DNA of 64,000 bases from Veillonellales bacterium. GTDB lineage: Bacteria > Bacillota > Negativicutes > JAAYSF01. Of the stretch, positions 38,408 through 47,254 are shown piece by piece. The stretch spans positions 47,278-111,277 of the forward strand of contig JBDKTO010000117.1 in the NCBI GenBank assembly GCA_039680175.1. The letters are read 5' to 3'. Position 1 is the stretch's first letter; each line of letters opens with the position of its first letter. Under the pieces are notes generated by a model. The model was not told the DNA's origin, did no database searches, and was given only the letters and a program-made list of their open reading frames with translations. A program made the translations under genes and the position numbers.

Positions 38408-38562
38408 ACACACCCCGCCCTGCGGACGATTTGCCTGTTCTGTATAATTCGGCTAACGAAACCAAAAGATGGTTTCGAGTCTTATCTATTTTTCTAATGG
38501 GGAATAGGCGGTCTTAAAATCCCCTCTAAAAAGAGGGGTGGCGCGTTAGCGACGGGGTGTGT
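38408..38562 (+). repeat. MITE-like composite dispersed repeat, full-length copy with ACACACCCCGCC...GGCGGGGTGTGT termini
   Basis: Contains internal hairpins (cgaaaccaaaagatggtttcg; cccctctaaaaagagggg). Same family as 14245-14345. Confidence 0.6.
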
Positions 38563-38755
38563 ACAGCGTGAGTTCTGCGATTTTTTCTACATTCCGAGCA
38601 TAATAATTCGCTTTGCATAACTCGACTTAGCGGGAGCATATAAAATATAAATTTGAGTGTACCAAAAAAATCCTGTCAGCCAGTGACAGGATTTTTACAT
38701 AAGATGTAGAAAAAGTTACTCTACGGTAGAAATAAATGACAATGGAGTTATTGTT

Positions 38756-39337
38756 ATGAAGATAGCCGAATACTGGGACAAGTTTACATCGCGGGAAAGA
38801 CGGCTGATTCTTCTTGGGGTCGGAGTTGCAGCCATTGTGGGAATTTACGGCTTATGGAATTCCCGTGTGGCTGTGGCGCCGATGCCGCCGATGATGCCTG
38901 TCCGCGCTGATGGCGGCGCAGCGGTTAGCCAGCCGGCGATGCCTCAGGGGTATTCGCCGCCGCTTCAGGGAAACGGTGAGTTGAGAGATCCTTTTGCTAT
39001 CCCGCCGGGGTATCAGGACAAAGAGCAATCTGCCAATACAGCTGCTTTGGGCGGATCGGCTGCTAAGGCGGAAAATCGTTTTTCCGGTTCTTCGGCTGCT
39101 GCCAGCCGGAGAACTGCCGACTCTTCCACGGCTAAACAGCAGGCTGCGCTGCCGGTGCTGACCGGTGTCGGCGGGGCGGATAACCGGCGGGTGGCGCTGA
39201 TCCAGTATGGCGGCAGGGCCCAGCCTTATGAGACCGGAGAAATGATTGGTTCCAGCTATCAATTATTGGCCGTTTATGATAGTTCCGCTACATTATGGGG
39301 ACCGAACGGAAAACTTGTACTGACGTTGGGAAGGTGA
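38756..39337 (+). CDS. PilP-like pilus/secretin-associated protein (tentative)
   Basis: N-terminal TM/lipoprotein-like anchor, a Pro/Ala/Ser-rich linker with an RDPF motif, and a C-terminal beta-domain (VALIQYGG...YQLLAVYD). Immediately upstream of the secretin. Confidence 0.45.
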   Translation: MKIAEYWDKFTSRERRLILLGVGVAAIVGIYGLWNSRVAVAPMPPMMPVRADGGAAVSQPAMPQGYSPPLQGNGELRDPFAIPPGYQDKEQSANTAALGGSAAKAENRFSGSSAAASRRTADSSTAKQQAALPVLTGVGGADNRRVALIQYGGRAQPYETGEMIGSSYQLLAVYDSSATLWGPNGKLVLTLGR

Positions 39338-39342
39338 TAGTA

Positions 39343-40626
39343 ATGCATGGCAGAAAGCTATCTGTTTCGCTGCTGCTTGTATTGGTGATGCTGTGTGTTG
39401 CCCCCCCGGCAGCCTGGGCGGCCAATCCGCTGGTAAGCTTGAATGTGGTGGACGAGGATATCGGTCCGGTGCTGCATACTTTAGCCAGACTCGGCGGCAT
39501 GAATGTGGTGATTGATGAATCGGTATCCGGCAAGGTAACGCTTGAATTGAACAATATTCCCTTTGAAACGGCTATGGATATCGTGACTAAAATTAAAGGC
39601 CTCAGTTATCAAAAAATCGGCAATGTCGTTGTGGTGGGGCCGGCGGAGAAAATGAATAAAGGATTCGGCGATATTCATATATTCAAAATTCAGTATGCCA
39701 ATGCGGCCGATGCGGCCAGCTTAATCAGTGTAGCGCTGAAGGACAGTCAGACAGCTTCTTCCCAGCCGTCGGGTCAGTCTGCCCAGGGACAGCAGCAGGG
39801 GCAGAATTCTCAGTCCCAGCAGGGACAAAATATCAGCACCCGGATCCGGGTGGATGATGTGACCAATTCCATTGTCTTTATCGGCTCTCCCGGGGAAGTG
39901 GAGCAAATCCGGAAAATTTTGCTGGAAATCGATGTTCCCTGTCAGCAGGTATCCCTGGAGGCGGAAGTGCTGTCGCTGAATAAAACGGCTACTAAGGACC
40001 TGGGAATAGACTGGACCTGGACATCTACCAGTACCCGCTCCACCGATACGTCGTCCGACAACTCTTCCAGTAGTTCTTCCAACAATTCCTCCAATATTCA
40101 AACAAGTTTCGGGCGGACTTTTAATTACCAGGCAACGGTAAAAGCGTTGATAACCCATGGCGATGCTACCGTACTGTCCAAACCGAAAATTACTACTATC
40201 AACGGTAAGGAAGCTATCATCAATATTGGCGACGAAGTGCCGATCGCTTCCACTACGACTTCCAATAATATCACCACGACTTCTTATACCTATCGAACAG
40301 CAGGCATTATTTTAAAGTACACTCCCCGGATCAGTGCCGACGGCGATATTACGGCTGTTGTCCATACGGAAGTCAGTGCGCCGGTTTATGTGACGGATTT
40401 AAAGGCTTATAAGTTTACCAACCGCTCGGCGGATACCCAGGTGCGGCTGAAAGACGGTGAAACCATGGTAATTGGCGGCCTGATTGGTAAAGATGAATCC
40501 GATTCCGTCAGTAAGATTCCTTTTTTAGCGAATTTGCCTTTAGTGGGTAAATTATTTCAAAGCCATGATAAATCCAAGAACGAAACTGAAGTCGTTATCT
40601 TTTTAACGGCCCGGATTGTGAAATAA
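39343..40626 (+). CDS. pilQ: Type IV pilus / type II secretion secretin (PilQ/GspD family)
   Basis: Signal peptide (LLLVLVMLCVAPPAAWA). N0-like domain, then an S/Q/T-rich low-complexity insert, then the C-terminal secretin motif VIGGLIGKDESDSVSKIPFLANLPLVGKLF. Implies an outer membrane. Confidence 0.8.
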   Translation: MHGRKLSVSLLLVLVMLCVAPPAAWAANPLVSLNVVDEDIGPVLHTLARLGGMNVVIDESVSGKVTLELNNIPFETAMDIVTKIKGLSYQKIGNVVVVGPAEKMNKGFGDIHIFKIQYANAADAASLISVALKDSQTASSQPSGQSAQGQQQGQNSQSQQGQNISTRIRVDDVTNSIVFIGSPGEVEQIRKILLEIDVPCQQVSLEAEVLSLNKTATKDLGIDWTWTSTSTRSTDTSSDNSSSSSSNNSSNIQTSFGRTFNYQATVKALITHGDATVLSKPKITTINGKEAIINIGDEVPIASTTTSNNITTTSYTYRTAGIILKYTPRISADGDITAVVHTEVSAPVYVTDLKAYKFTNRSADTQVRLKDGETMVIGGLIGKDESDSVSKIPFLANLPLVGKLFQSHDKSKNETEVVIFLTARIVK

Positions 40627-40644
40627 CCAAGGAGGTGAAAAGTC

Positions 40645-41316
40645 GTGCCGATTAAAATACTGATTGCAGACGATCACGCGCTGCTGCGTGAGGGAATTAA
40701 AAATGTATTGGAACTGGAACACGACTTTATTGTGATCGGGGAGGCGGCAGACGGGGAGGAAACTCTGCAGAAAGTCGCCGAATTGGATCCGGATGTGCTT
40801 TTGCTTGATATTAATATGCCGCATTACAATGGGCTGGAGGTTATTAAAAAGCTGCAAAGCACCCGGCCGGATACGAAGGTAATTGTTCTTACGATTCATG
40901 ATGACGAAAGCTATGTACTGGAAGTCGTCAAGTCCGGTGCTGTCGGCTATCTTCTGAAAGATATTGAGCCGGGGATGCTGGTTAAGGCCATTCGCAAGGT
41001 ATATGAAGGCGAGTCATTTATTTACCCGACGCTGGCTACAAAATTGTTTGGTGAGCTTAACCGCCAGGAAGAGAAAAAACAGGAAAAAACTAAATTGCAG
41101 GAACGCCGGAAAGAAGACCGGCTGACTTACCGGGAGATTGAGGTGCTGGAGCTGATTTGCCAGGGAATGAGCAATCAGGCCATTGCCGAGAAATTATTTT
41201 TAAGCGAGAAAACAGTCAAGAATCATCTTACGAATATTTTTCGCAAAATTAATGTCGCCGATCGCACCCAGGCAGTGTTGTACGCGCTGAAAAATAAGAT
41301 TGTGGAACTGGGATAG
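40645..41316 (+). CDS. Two-component response regulator, NarL/FixJ (LuxR HTH) family, DegU-like
   Basis: Receiver domain (ILIADDH, DVLLLDINMP with the phospho-acceptor Asp) plus a C-terminal LuxR-type HTH (EIEVLELICQGMSNQAIAEKLFLSEKTVKNHL). GTG start. Confidence 0.8.
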   Translation: MPIKILIADDHALLREGIKNVLELEHDFIVIGEAADGEETLQKVAELDPDVLLLDINMPHYNGLEVIKKLQSTRPDTKVIVLTIHDDESYVLEVVKSGAVGYLLKDIEPGMLVKAIRKVYEGESFIYPTLATKLFGELNRQEEKKQEKTKLQERRKEDRLTYREIEVLELICQGMSNQAIAEKLFLSEKTVKNHLTNIFRKINVADRTQAVLYALKNKIVELG

Positions 41317-41644
41317 GGGAGAGGACGGCGCGGGGATCGAAGGACTTTGCGCGGTCCACCGGAGTGTCATTGCGAGCGGCAGCGAAGCAATCTCCTTGCT
41401 GCTAATGCTAAAATTTTTTGTCAGCGAAACCGTCCCCGGTGATATTTGGTAAAATCCCCTCTAGAAAGATAAGTGAGACTCGAAACCACGCCTTTTGGTT
41501 TCGTCAGCCGAACTTATGCAAAGCTAGAAAAGATGCGAAACTCTGCTTTTTGAGTTTCGCTAGTCGAATTATGCAATGAATTCGTAACATCTAGCTATAT
41601 TATCGCATATAGTATCCTATCCCAGGCAAAGGGGGTAGGATATT

Positions 41645-42118
41645 TTGTGCTTTTCCTATATGGCCAGTGTGGTTATGGTAGCGTTGGCGCTTTATGGGGC
41701 CTGGCTGCTGGTCCGGGATGTATGGGAATTGTTTCTGGCACCGGAATTGATGCCGCTGCCCAGCGTCAGTTTTCTCATTGGTGTACGGAACGGGGAGCAG
41801 GAGATCGAAGACTTAATCCGTTATTTAGGACGGGAAATAGAGGCCGCCGGCCTGGCTTGCGATGTGGTCGTGGTTGATTATGATTCGGAGGATCTTACGC
41901 CGCTGATTTTAACCCGACTGGCTGAGCAGCTGCCTTTTTTGCAGTTGTTTCGACTAAGCGGCGGCCACCGGACTTTAGCCGACGGACTGCCCTTGTGCCG
42001 GGGAGAAGTCATTCATGTCTTGGAACTGGGGACTCGTCTCAGTGCCGAACAATTTAGGGCGGCGGTGCGCAGACTGCTGCGGCAGGATCAGCGGGAAGCG
42101 GCCTTGCTCCGGGAATAG
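41645..42118 (+). CDS. Hypothetical membrane-anchored protein
   Basis: 157 aa with one N-terminal TM helix. No recognisable motif. Confidence 0.35.
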   Translation: MCFSYMASVVMVALALYGAWLLVRDVWELFLAPELMPLPSVSFLIGVRNGEQEIEDLIRYLGREIEAAGLACDVVVVDYDSEDLTPLILTRLAEQLPFLQLFRLSGGHRTLADGLPLCRGEVIHVLELGTRLSAEQFRAAVRRLLRQDQREAALLRE

Positions 42119-42224
42119 AGAATAGGATCAATTTAGGTGTCGGGTTTAGAAAGGAAAGTTTGTAATTAATAAAAATCTTTTAGCCAAGGGCCATGAGCTA
42201 TGAGCCAAGTGCCGAAAAGACTTG

Positions 42225-42803
42225 CTAGCGGCGGTTCTTACTGGCAAGAAAATGGCAGGCAATATCAATTAGTTTGTGGATCAGAGGGATAAGTTCCCCG
42301 TAATCGGCCTGACTTTCCCGCAGGGTGATACCGGTGGGAGCGGGGGTATCGGAAATCGCCAGGCGGGCGTGCTGCAGCTGCCTGATGACAGTTGCTCTTG
42401 CCCAGAGAACGGGAATCTCGGTACCTCCGGCTAACGTAATGGCCGATTGAAACGGCGGGTTGCTACATTTTTGCACATTGTTTACCGCATGATAATTAAC
42501 ATAACCGGTGCTGGTATCGCCGGCAATGCGCGGCCTTCGCACTTTGACCGGACAAAGGACAAGTCCGGGAGATAAGGGCAGCGGTGTTAGAATTACCCGC
42601 TGGGTGGTCCGGGTGACATGCTGTTTTAAAGCGATAAGATCGGTAGACCGGCTCAGGGCAATACGGCGAATAACGGTGTGTACTTTTGTGGCGTTGGTGC
42701 GGCTTTGGCCATCGGTTGTAATAATGGTGGTGGCGTCGCCGGTGGAAGAGTAGCAGGGCAGAATGGCGGCAATAGAATCCGGTGCAGGGATTTGTTCGGA
42801 CAT
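42225..42803 (-). CDS. Hypothetical protein
   Basis: 192 aa. A GGAG-containing RBS lies upstream and there is no competing ORF on the + strand. The function is unrecognised. Confidence 0.35.
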   Translation of the reverse strand: MSEQIPAPDSIAAILPCYSSTGDATTIITTDGQSRTNATKVHTVIRRIALSRSTDLIALKQHVTRTTQRVILTPLPLSPGLVLCPVKVRRPRIAGDTSTGYVNYHAVNNVQKCSNPPFQSAITLAGGTEIPVLWARATVIRQLQHARLAISDTPAPTGITLRESQADYGELIPLIHKLIDIACHFLASKNRR

Positions 42804-43035
42804 AATATTTGGCAGTCTCCTTTCAAAGTTGTAAATGCAAGAACAATGCAGAACATATGTTTGATATATTATCTATATAGTAACAAAATTTCCTGCTAAT
42901 GGCAATAGAAAAATGAGAACGGATTTGGCGATGGGCAGAAAACCAAGGCGCATGGCTCATGGCTCATGGCTCATAGCGCATGGCTTATAGCGCATGGCTC
43001 ATAGCCAAGTATTAGCACAGAATACCCTATTACTC

Positions 43036-43124
43036 TGTCATCGCGAGGCGTCAGCCGCGGCGATCTCAAAGGAGGAAAGAGGCGATAGAGGCCGGGAGAT
43101 TGCTTCGCTGCCGCTCGCAATTAC
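43036..43124. repeat. ~90-bp dispersed element with terminal inverted repeats TGTCATYGCGAG / CTCGCAATKACA. This is the long version. Other copies lie at 46783-46877 and 59504-59593.
   Basis: tgtcatcgcgaggcgtcagccgcggcgatctcaaa...gagattgcttcgctgccgctcgcaattaca. Short half-copies (gagattgcttcgctg[cg]gctcgcaatgacag) lie at ~11203-11236, ~11527-11560, ~15478-15513, ~15808-15843, ~18822-18867, ~25959-26003, ~41356-41395 and ~45300-45345. Confidence 0.65.
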
Positions 43125-43215
43125 AAATCCAAGTCCTCAGTCCCCAGTCCCCAGTGCCAGGTGCCAAGTTCCAAGTCCCAAGTCCCCAGTTCCAAGTTCC
43201 AAGTGCCAGTCTCTG
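43125..43215. repeat. Heptanucleotide tandem repeat array, consensus CCMRGTN (STRR-like)
   Basis: ccaagtc ctcagtc cccagtc cccagtg ccaggtg ccaagtt ccaagtc ccaagtc cccagtt ccaagtt ccaagtg: 11-12 contiguous units of period 7. Confidence 0.75.
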
Positions 43216-43291
43216 CGCTTCGATTTGCGGATGATTTTGCCGGAAGGTATAATATTGTCAGAATGTTGATGGGAAATATCGAGGTGAAAAT

Positions 43292-45184
43292 ATGGGAGTT
43301 TTACGGATTGACGGCTTGACGAAAGCTTTTGGGATAGAAACATTATTTTCCAATGTGAGTTTTGAACTTCGGCGGGGCGATAAAGTGGGACTGATCGGCG
43401 GCAATGGCGCTGGCAAGACGACGCTGCTGAAGTGCTTGCTGGGAATGGAGCGGACGGACGGCGGTCAGGTGGCTATGCCGGCAGGGGAGACCATCGGTTA
43501 TGTGGAGCAGGATGCCGGGCTGGGCCGGGGGACCCTGTATGAGGAACTTTGCAGTGCTTATCAGGATGTAATCAATTGGCAGAAACAAATGCGGCAGCTG
43601 GAAAAGACAATTGCCGCCGAGCAGGATGAAACGGTGCTGGCCGAACTGATGAAAGAATACGGCAGGCTGGTGGAAAATTTTGAAAGGGGCGGCGGGTACG
43701 AATATGAGAATAGCGTACGCCGGGTCGCTTTTGGGCTGGGCTTTACCGATGAGGACTTCAGCCGGGATTTAGACACGTTTTCCGGCGGACAAAAGACGCG
43801 GATTTGTTTGGCCAGGGCATTGATACGCCAACCGGATTTTTTATTTCTCGATGAGCCGACGAATCATCTGGATATCAGCATGGTGGAATGGCTGGAGGAT
43901 TTTCTTGCCGGTTATCCGGGGGGAGTCTTGATTATTTCTCATGACCGTTATTTTTTGGACAAGGTAGCCGGACGGATACTGGAGCTGGAAGGCGGCACAG
44001 TGACTTGCTACGCCGGCAACTATAGCGATTATTTGGGGCAGAAGGCCGAGCGGCTGGCAGCCATGGAAAACGCTTATGAGAAGCAGCAGGCTTTTATTGC
44101 AAAAACCGAGGCTTTTGTTGACCGCTACCGGGCCGGGGTGAAATCCAAGCAGGCCAGGGGGCGGGAGAAACGGCTGGGGCGGATGGAACGGATCGTGCTG
44201 CCGGCTGCCGGTGCCCGGTTTGATTATTTTGCCTTTAATCCGCCGGGGGAATGTGCCGAGCGGGTGGCCGAGCTGGAGGAGGTTTCGGCCGCTTATGGTC
44301 AGCGGATTATTTTTGAACATCTTTCCCTGTTGATCCGGAAGGGCGACGGGGTGGCTCTCATCGGACCGAACGGAGCCGGCAAGACGACGCTGCTGAAACT
44401 GCTGACCGGAGATTTGCCGCCGACAGCCGGTCGGGTAAAACTGGGCAGCCGGGTGAAGGTAGGTTACTTTTCTCAGGAGCATGAAGGCCTGAATCCCGGC
44501 AATCGCATCCTGGATGAACTGAATCAGGAATTCGGCTTAAGCGAGGAGCGATCCCGGCATTATTTAGGGGCCTTTTTGTTCCGGGGGGATGATGTGCTCA
44601 AGTTGATCGGCGATTTAAGCGGCGGGGAAAAAGCCCGCCTGGCTTTGCTTAAGCTGATGCTGACCGGAGCAAATTTTATCATTCTGGATGAACCGACCAA
44701 TCATTTGGACATTCCCGCCAAGGAAGCGGTGGAAGAAGCCATTATGAGTTTCCCCGGCACTTTTTTAACCGTGTCTCATGACCGGTATTTTTTGGACAAG
44801 GTGGCCAACTGCGTGCTGGAGCTTTCAGCGGGAAAACTGGTGGAATACACCGGCAACTACAGCTACTATCGGGAGAAAAAGCTGGCAGAGGGAAAAGCGG
44901 CAGCTGCCGTGAAAGAGGCCGCACCCCACACCGCGGCCGGAGGAAAGAAGTCTCAGCAGCAGCGGCAGCCTCGCAGGCAGGATACGGAGCGGCGGCAGAA
45001 AAAGCTGGAGGGAGAAATCGCCTGCTTTGAGGCGGAGGTCGCCGAACTGGAACGGCGGCTCAATGATCCGGCCAGCCACACAGATCCCTCCGCCAGCTGG
45101 GAACTGGCAGAGGAGTACCGGCAGCGCCAGGCCGAGCTGTCGGAGAAGTATGATGAGTGGATGGCGCTGGGAGAAGAGGAGTGA
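43292..45184 (+). CDS. ABC-F family ATPase (two tandem ABC domains, no TM domain; ribosome-associated type)
   Basis: Two Walker A motifs (GGNGAGKTT, GPNGAGKTT). Two signatures (FSGGQKTRI, LSGGEKARL). Two Walker B (FLFLDEPTNHLD, FIILDEPTNHLD). C-terminal charged coiled-coil tail. 630 aa. Confidence 0.85.
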   Translation: MGVLRIDGLTKAFGIETLFSNVSFELRRGDKVGLIGGNGAGKTTLLKCLLGMERTDGGQVAMPAGETIGYVEQDAGLGRGTLYEELCSAYQDVINWQKQMRQLEKTIAAEQDETVLAELMKEYGRLVENFERGGGYEYENSVRRVAFGLGFTDEDFSRDLDTFSGGQKTRICLARALIRQPDFLFLDEPTNHLDISMVEWLEDFLAGYPGGVLIISHDRYFLDKVAGRILELEGGTVTCYAGNYSDYLGQKAERLAAMENAYEKQQAFIAKTEAFVDRYRAGVKSKQARGREKRLGRMERIVLPAAGARFDYFAFNPPGECAERVAELEEVSAAYGQRIIFEHLSLLIRKGDGVALIGPNGAGKTTLLKLLTGDLPPTAGRVKLGSRVKVGYFSQEHEGLNPGNRILDELNQEFGLSEERSRHYLGAFLFRGDDVLKLIGDLSGGEKARLALLKLMLTGANFIILDEPTNHLDIPAKEAVEEAIMSFPGTFLTVSHDRYFLDKVANCVLELSAGKLVEYTGNYSYYREKKLAEGKAAAAVKEAAPHTAAGGKKSQQQRQPRRQDTERRQKKLEGEIACFEAEVAELERRLNDPASHTDPSASWELAEEYRQRQAELSEKYDEWMALGEEE

Positions 45185-45220
45185 CGGGGCGCATAGCAGG
45201 GGGATAGGGACGAAAGAATG

Positions 45221-45281
45221 GGACTTGGGACTTGGGACTTGGAATTCAGTTCCCATTACTAAGTTCCAAGTTCCGCTTTTT
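45221..45281 (+). terminator. Probable intrinsic terminator built from inverted heptamer repeats (gggacttgggacttgg ... ccaagttccaagttcc + TTTTT)
   Basis: Imperfect inverted repeat of the CCAAGTN units followed by a T-run, directly after the ABC-F stop. Confidence 0.45.
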
Positions 45282-45659
45282 CTGTCCCTAGCTTCTCCTG
45301 CTTGTCAGCGCGAGGAGCGATAGCGACGCGGCGATCTGTGGAGCCTCCCAGATGCTCTTTCACGCTACTCTATGTAATTCTTTCATGCTCGTTGCGAGAG
45401 ATAGCGAAGTAAGCTAACGCTTTTTTGTCAATCATTACCTTGATGTCACCCACGGCTATCATCGCCTCGCGATGACAACCCATCCTGCAGCCAGCAGCTC
45501 ACAGTCCGCAGCTTATGGCTCACGGCCAATAACCAGTAGTTTTAGCCGACTAACGTGATGAGTCACGCTGAGCCGGCTTTTGTTTTTCCTTTTTTGGCAT
45601 GGTACAGTACAACCAGCGCGAATATCGAGGGACCGGTTCCTCACAACAGGTGAGGGAAA

Positions 45660-46247
45660 ATGGAATTAGTGGATTTAGTACAGCAAGCGCAGGCGGGGGA
45701 TGAAGCTGCATTTACCACCATTTGCCGTCGGTTCGAAGGACTGGTTAAAAAGCAGGCTCGTCAGCCCCATTTGCGGACTATTGCCGAAGATGCGGAGGCG
45801 GAAGCCTGGCTGGCGGTGGTTCAGGCGGTTAAGACATACCGGCCGTCAGTGGGAGTGCCGGTGGCCGGATATATTGAAAGCAAGATAAAATACGCCTTGT
45901 GGAATCTGTTTAAGTGTCAGCGGCGGAACTGGCAGCGGGAAGTGCTGTTATCCGACAGGGAGGATCGGAAAGAAGGCGGACTGAGTCTGGAACTGATACC
46001 GGATTCCCGGAATGTAGCGCAGGAAGCGGAGAATCACTGGCTTGAACGGGAAATGCGTCAGGCCATTGAGGAACTGCCGGTGCGTCAGCGGCAGGTTGTG
46101 GTGCTGGCGCTGCTGGGCGACAGCAGTCTTACCGCCCTGGCCCGGCAGCTGGATGTTACGGTACAGGCGGTACACAATTTGAAACAGCGGGGCTTGACCC
46201 GTTTAAAACGGCGGTTCAGCGGAATGTATGAGAGTGAAAGGGGGTGA
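45660..46247 (+). CDS. Sigma-70 family RNA polymerase sigma factor (small; SigO/YvrI-like by context)
   Basis: Region-2-like segment (AEAWLAVVQAVKTYRP) and a region-4 HTH (LTALARQLDVTVQAVHNLKQRGLTRLKRR). 195 aa. Followed by DUF1659, DUF2922 and YvrJ-type small proteins. Confidence 0.7.
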   Translation: MELVDLVQQAQAGDEAAFTTICRRFEGLVKKQARQPHLRTIAEDAEAEAWLAVVQAVKTYRPSVGVPVAGYIESKIKYALWNLFKCQRRNWQREVLLSDREDRKEGGLSLELIPDSRNVAQEAENHWLEREMRQAIEELPVRQRQVVVLALLGDSSLTALARQLDVTVQAVHNLKQRGLTRLKRRFSGMYESERG

Positions 46248-46251
46248 GACA

Positions 46252-46476
46252 ATGGCAGTAAATAAAGTAGCCCAAAGCACCCGGCTGGTTGTGAAAGTGC
46301 AGACTGGAACAAATGCCGCAGGTAATCCGGTTTATCGTCAGCGCAGCTTTACCAATACTAAAGCCAGTGCCGCCGACAGCGACGTGTACGCCATCGGCCA
46401 GGGCCTGGGCAGTCTGCAGAAGTACCCGGTAATCAGCATTTCCCGTTTGGACGAAAACACTCTGGTGAATCAGTAA
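46252..46476 (+). CDS. DUF1659-type small protein
   Basis: ~75 aa starting MAVNKVAQSTRLVVKVQTGTNAAGNPVYRQRSF. Typical member of the DUF1659/DUF2922 pair found in sporulating Firmicutes. Confidence 0.5.
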   Translation: MAVNKVAQSTRLVVKVQTGTNAAGNPVYRQRSFTNTKASAADSDVYAIGQGLGSLQKYPVISISRLDENTLVNQ

Positions 46477-46511
46477 GAAAGGAATAATTGGCAGGAAAGG
46501 AGGAATCTGAT

Positions 46512-46724
46512 ATGGTAAAAACACTGGAATTGGTTTTCCGCAACCAAAGCGGCAAAGAAGTGACGATCAACCTGGCCGACCCCCGGGATGACGTTACCCA
46601 GGCTCAGGCAAAAACCGTGATGCAGGATATCCTGACAAAGAATGTTTTTAGCACCAAAGGCGGCGATCTGGCACAAATCGTCGACGCCCGCGTTCGCACC
46701 CGCGAAGCAGTATCCCTGGCGTAA
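46512..46724 (+). CDS. DUF2922-type small protein
   Basis: ~70 aa starting MVKTLELVFRNQSGKEVTINLADPRDDVT. Partner of the DUF1659 protein. Confidence 0.5.
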   Translation: MVKTLELVFRNQSGKEVTINLADPRDDVTQAQAKTVMQDILTKNVFSTKGGDLAQIVDARVRTREAVSLA

Positions 46725-46934
46725 AGGGGCTGTGAGCCTAGGGCGATGAGCCATGGGCTATTGGTTAGGCGCTTTCTCAGAGTTGTCATTTGCGAGGCGT
46801 CAGCCGCGGCGATCTCAAAACGGCAAGCGGCAGCCTGGAACCGGGAGATTGCTTCGCTGCGGCTCGCAATGACAGAATTTAGAGCCGAATGCCTTAAGCC
46901 AACAGCCAATCGCCCCCAAAAGGAGGTAACCGCT

Positions 46935-47078
46935 ATGGATCAATTGCTTGGTTATGCGGCCAATTATGGTTTTCCCATGATGATTTCCGTATACTTACTG
47001 GTACGCATCGAAGGGAAGCTGGAACAGCTGGCTGCCAGTATCAATGAACTGAGCAAAGTAATAGCTGAAAAATTGTAA
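46935..47078 (+). CDS. YvrJ-family small protein
   Basis: 47 aa MDQLLGYAANYGFPMMISVYLLVRIEGKLEQLAASINELSKVIAEKL. The upstream part of the ORF-track ORF (from 46746) is a repeat element, so the internal start is used. Confidence 0.5.
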   Translation: MDQLLGYAANYGFPMMISVYLLVRIEGKLEQLAASINELSKVIAEKL

Positions 47079-47254
47079 CGAAGAAAGCATCAGAGCCTGT
47101 GTCAGGTTCTGATGCTTTTCTGTTTAGGACTATAATATTTTATTCCTTTCGCCAAGTACTAACTATCAACTGCCAAGTGCCATGAGCTATGAGCTATGAG
47201 CTATGAGCTATGAGCTATGAGCTATGAGCCATGAGCCATGAGCCAAAAAACGCG

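Noticed and set aside
38500-38562. tRNA-like appearance of the ggggtggcgcgttagcgacggggtgtgt repeat ends
   Set aside because: No cloverleaf can be drawn and there is no anticodon arm or T-loop consensus. The sequence recurs many times as the terminus of a dispersed repeat.
43125-43215. Possible CRISPR array suggested by the regular short repeats
   Set aside because: The repeats are contiguous 7-mers without spacers and no cas genes are present. They are microsatellite-like tandem repeats, not CRISPR.
42994-43269. Small P/S/K/V-rich ORFs (42994..43269, 58545..58748, 59413..59802, 62428..62777 and neighbours)
   Set aside because: These are translations of the heptanucleotide tandem-repeat arrays and dispersed repeats. 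They give low-complexity peptides (SPVPS, QVPSPK) and no coding signal.
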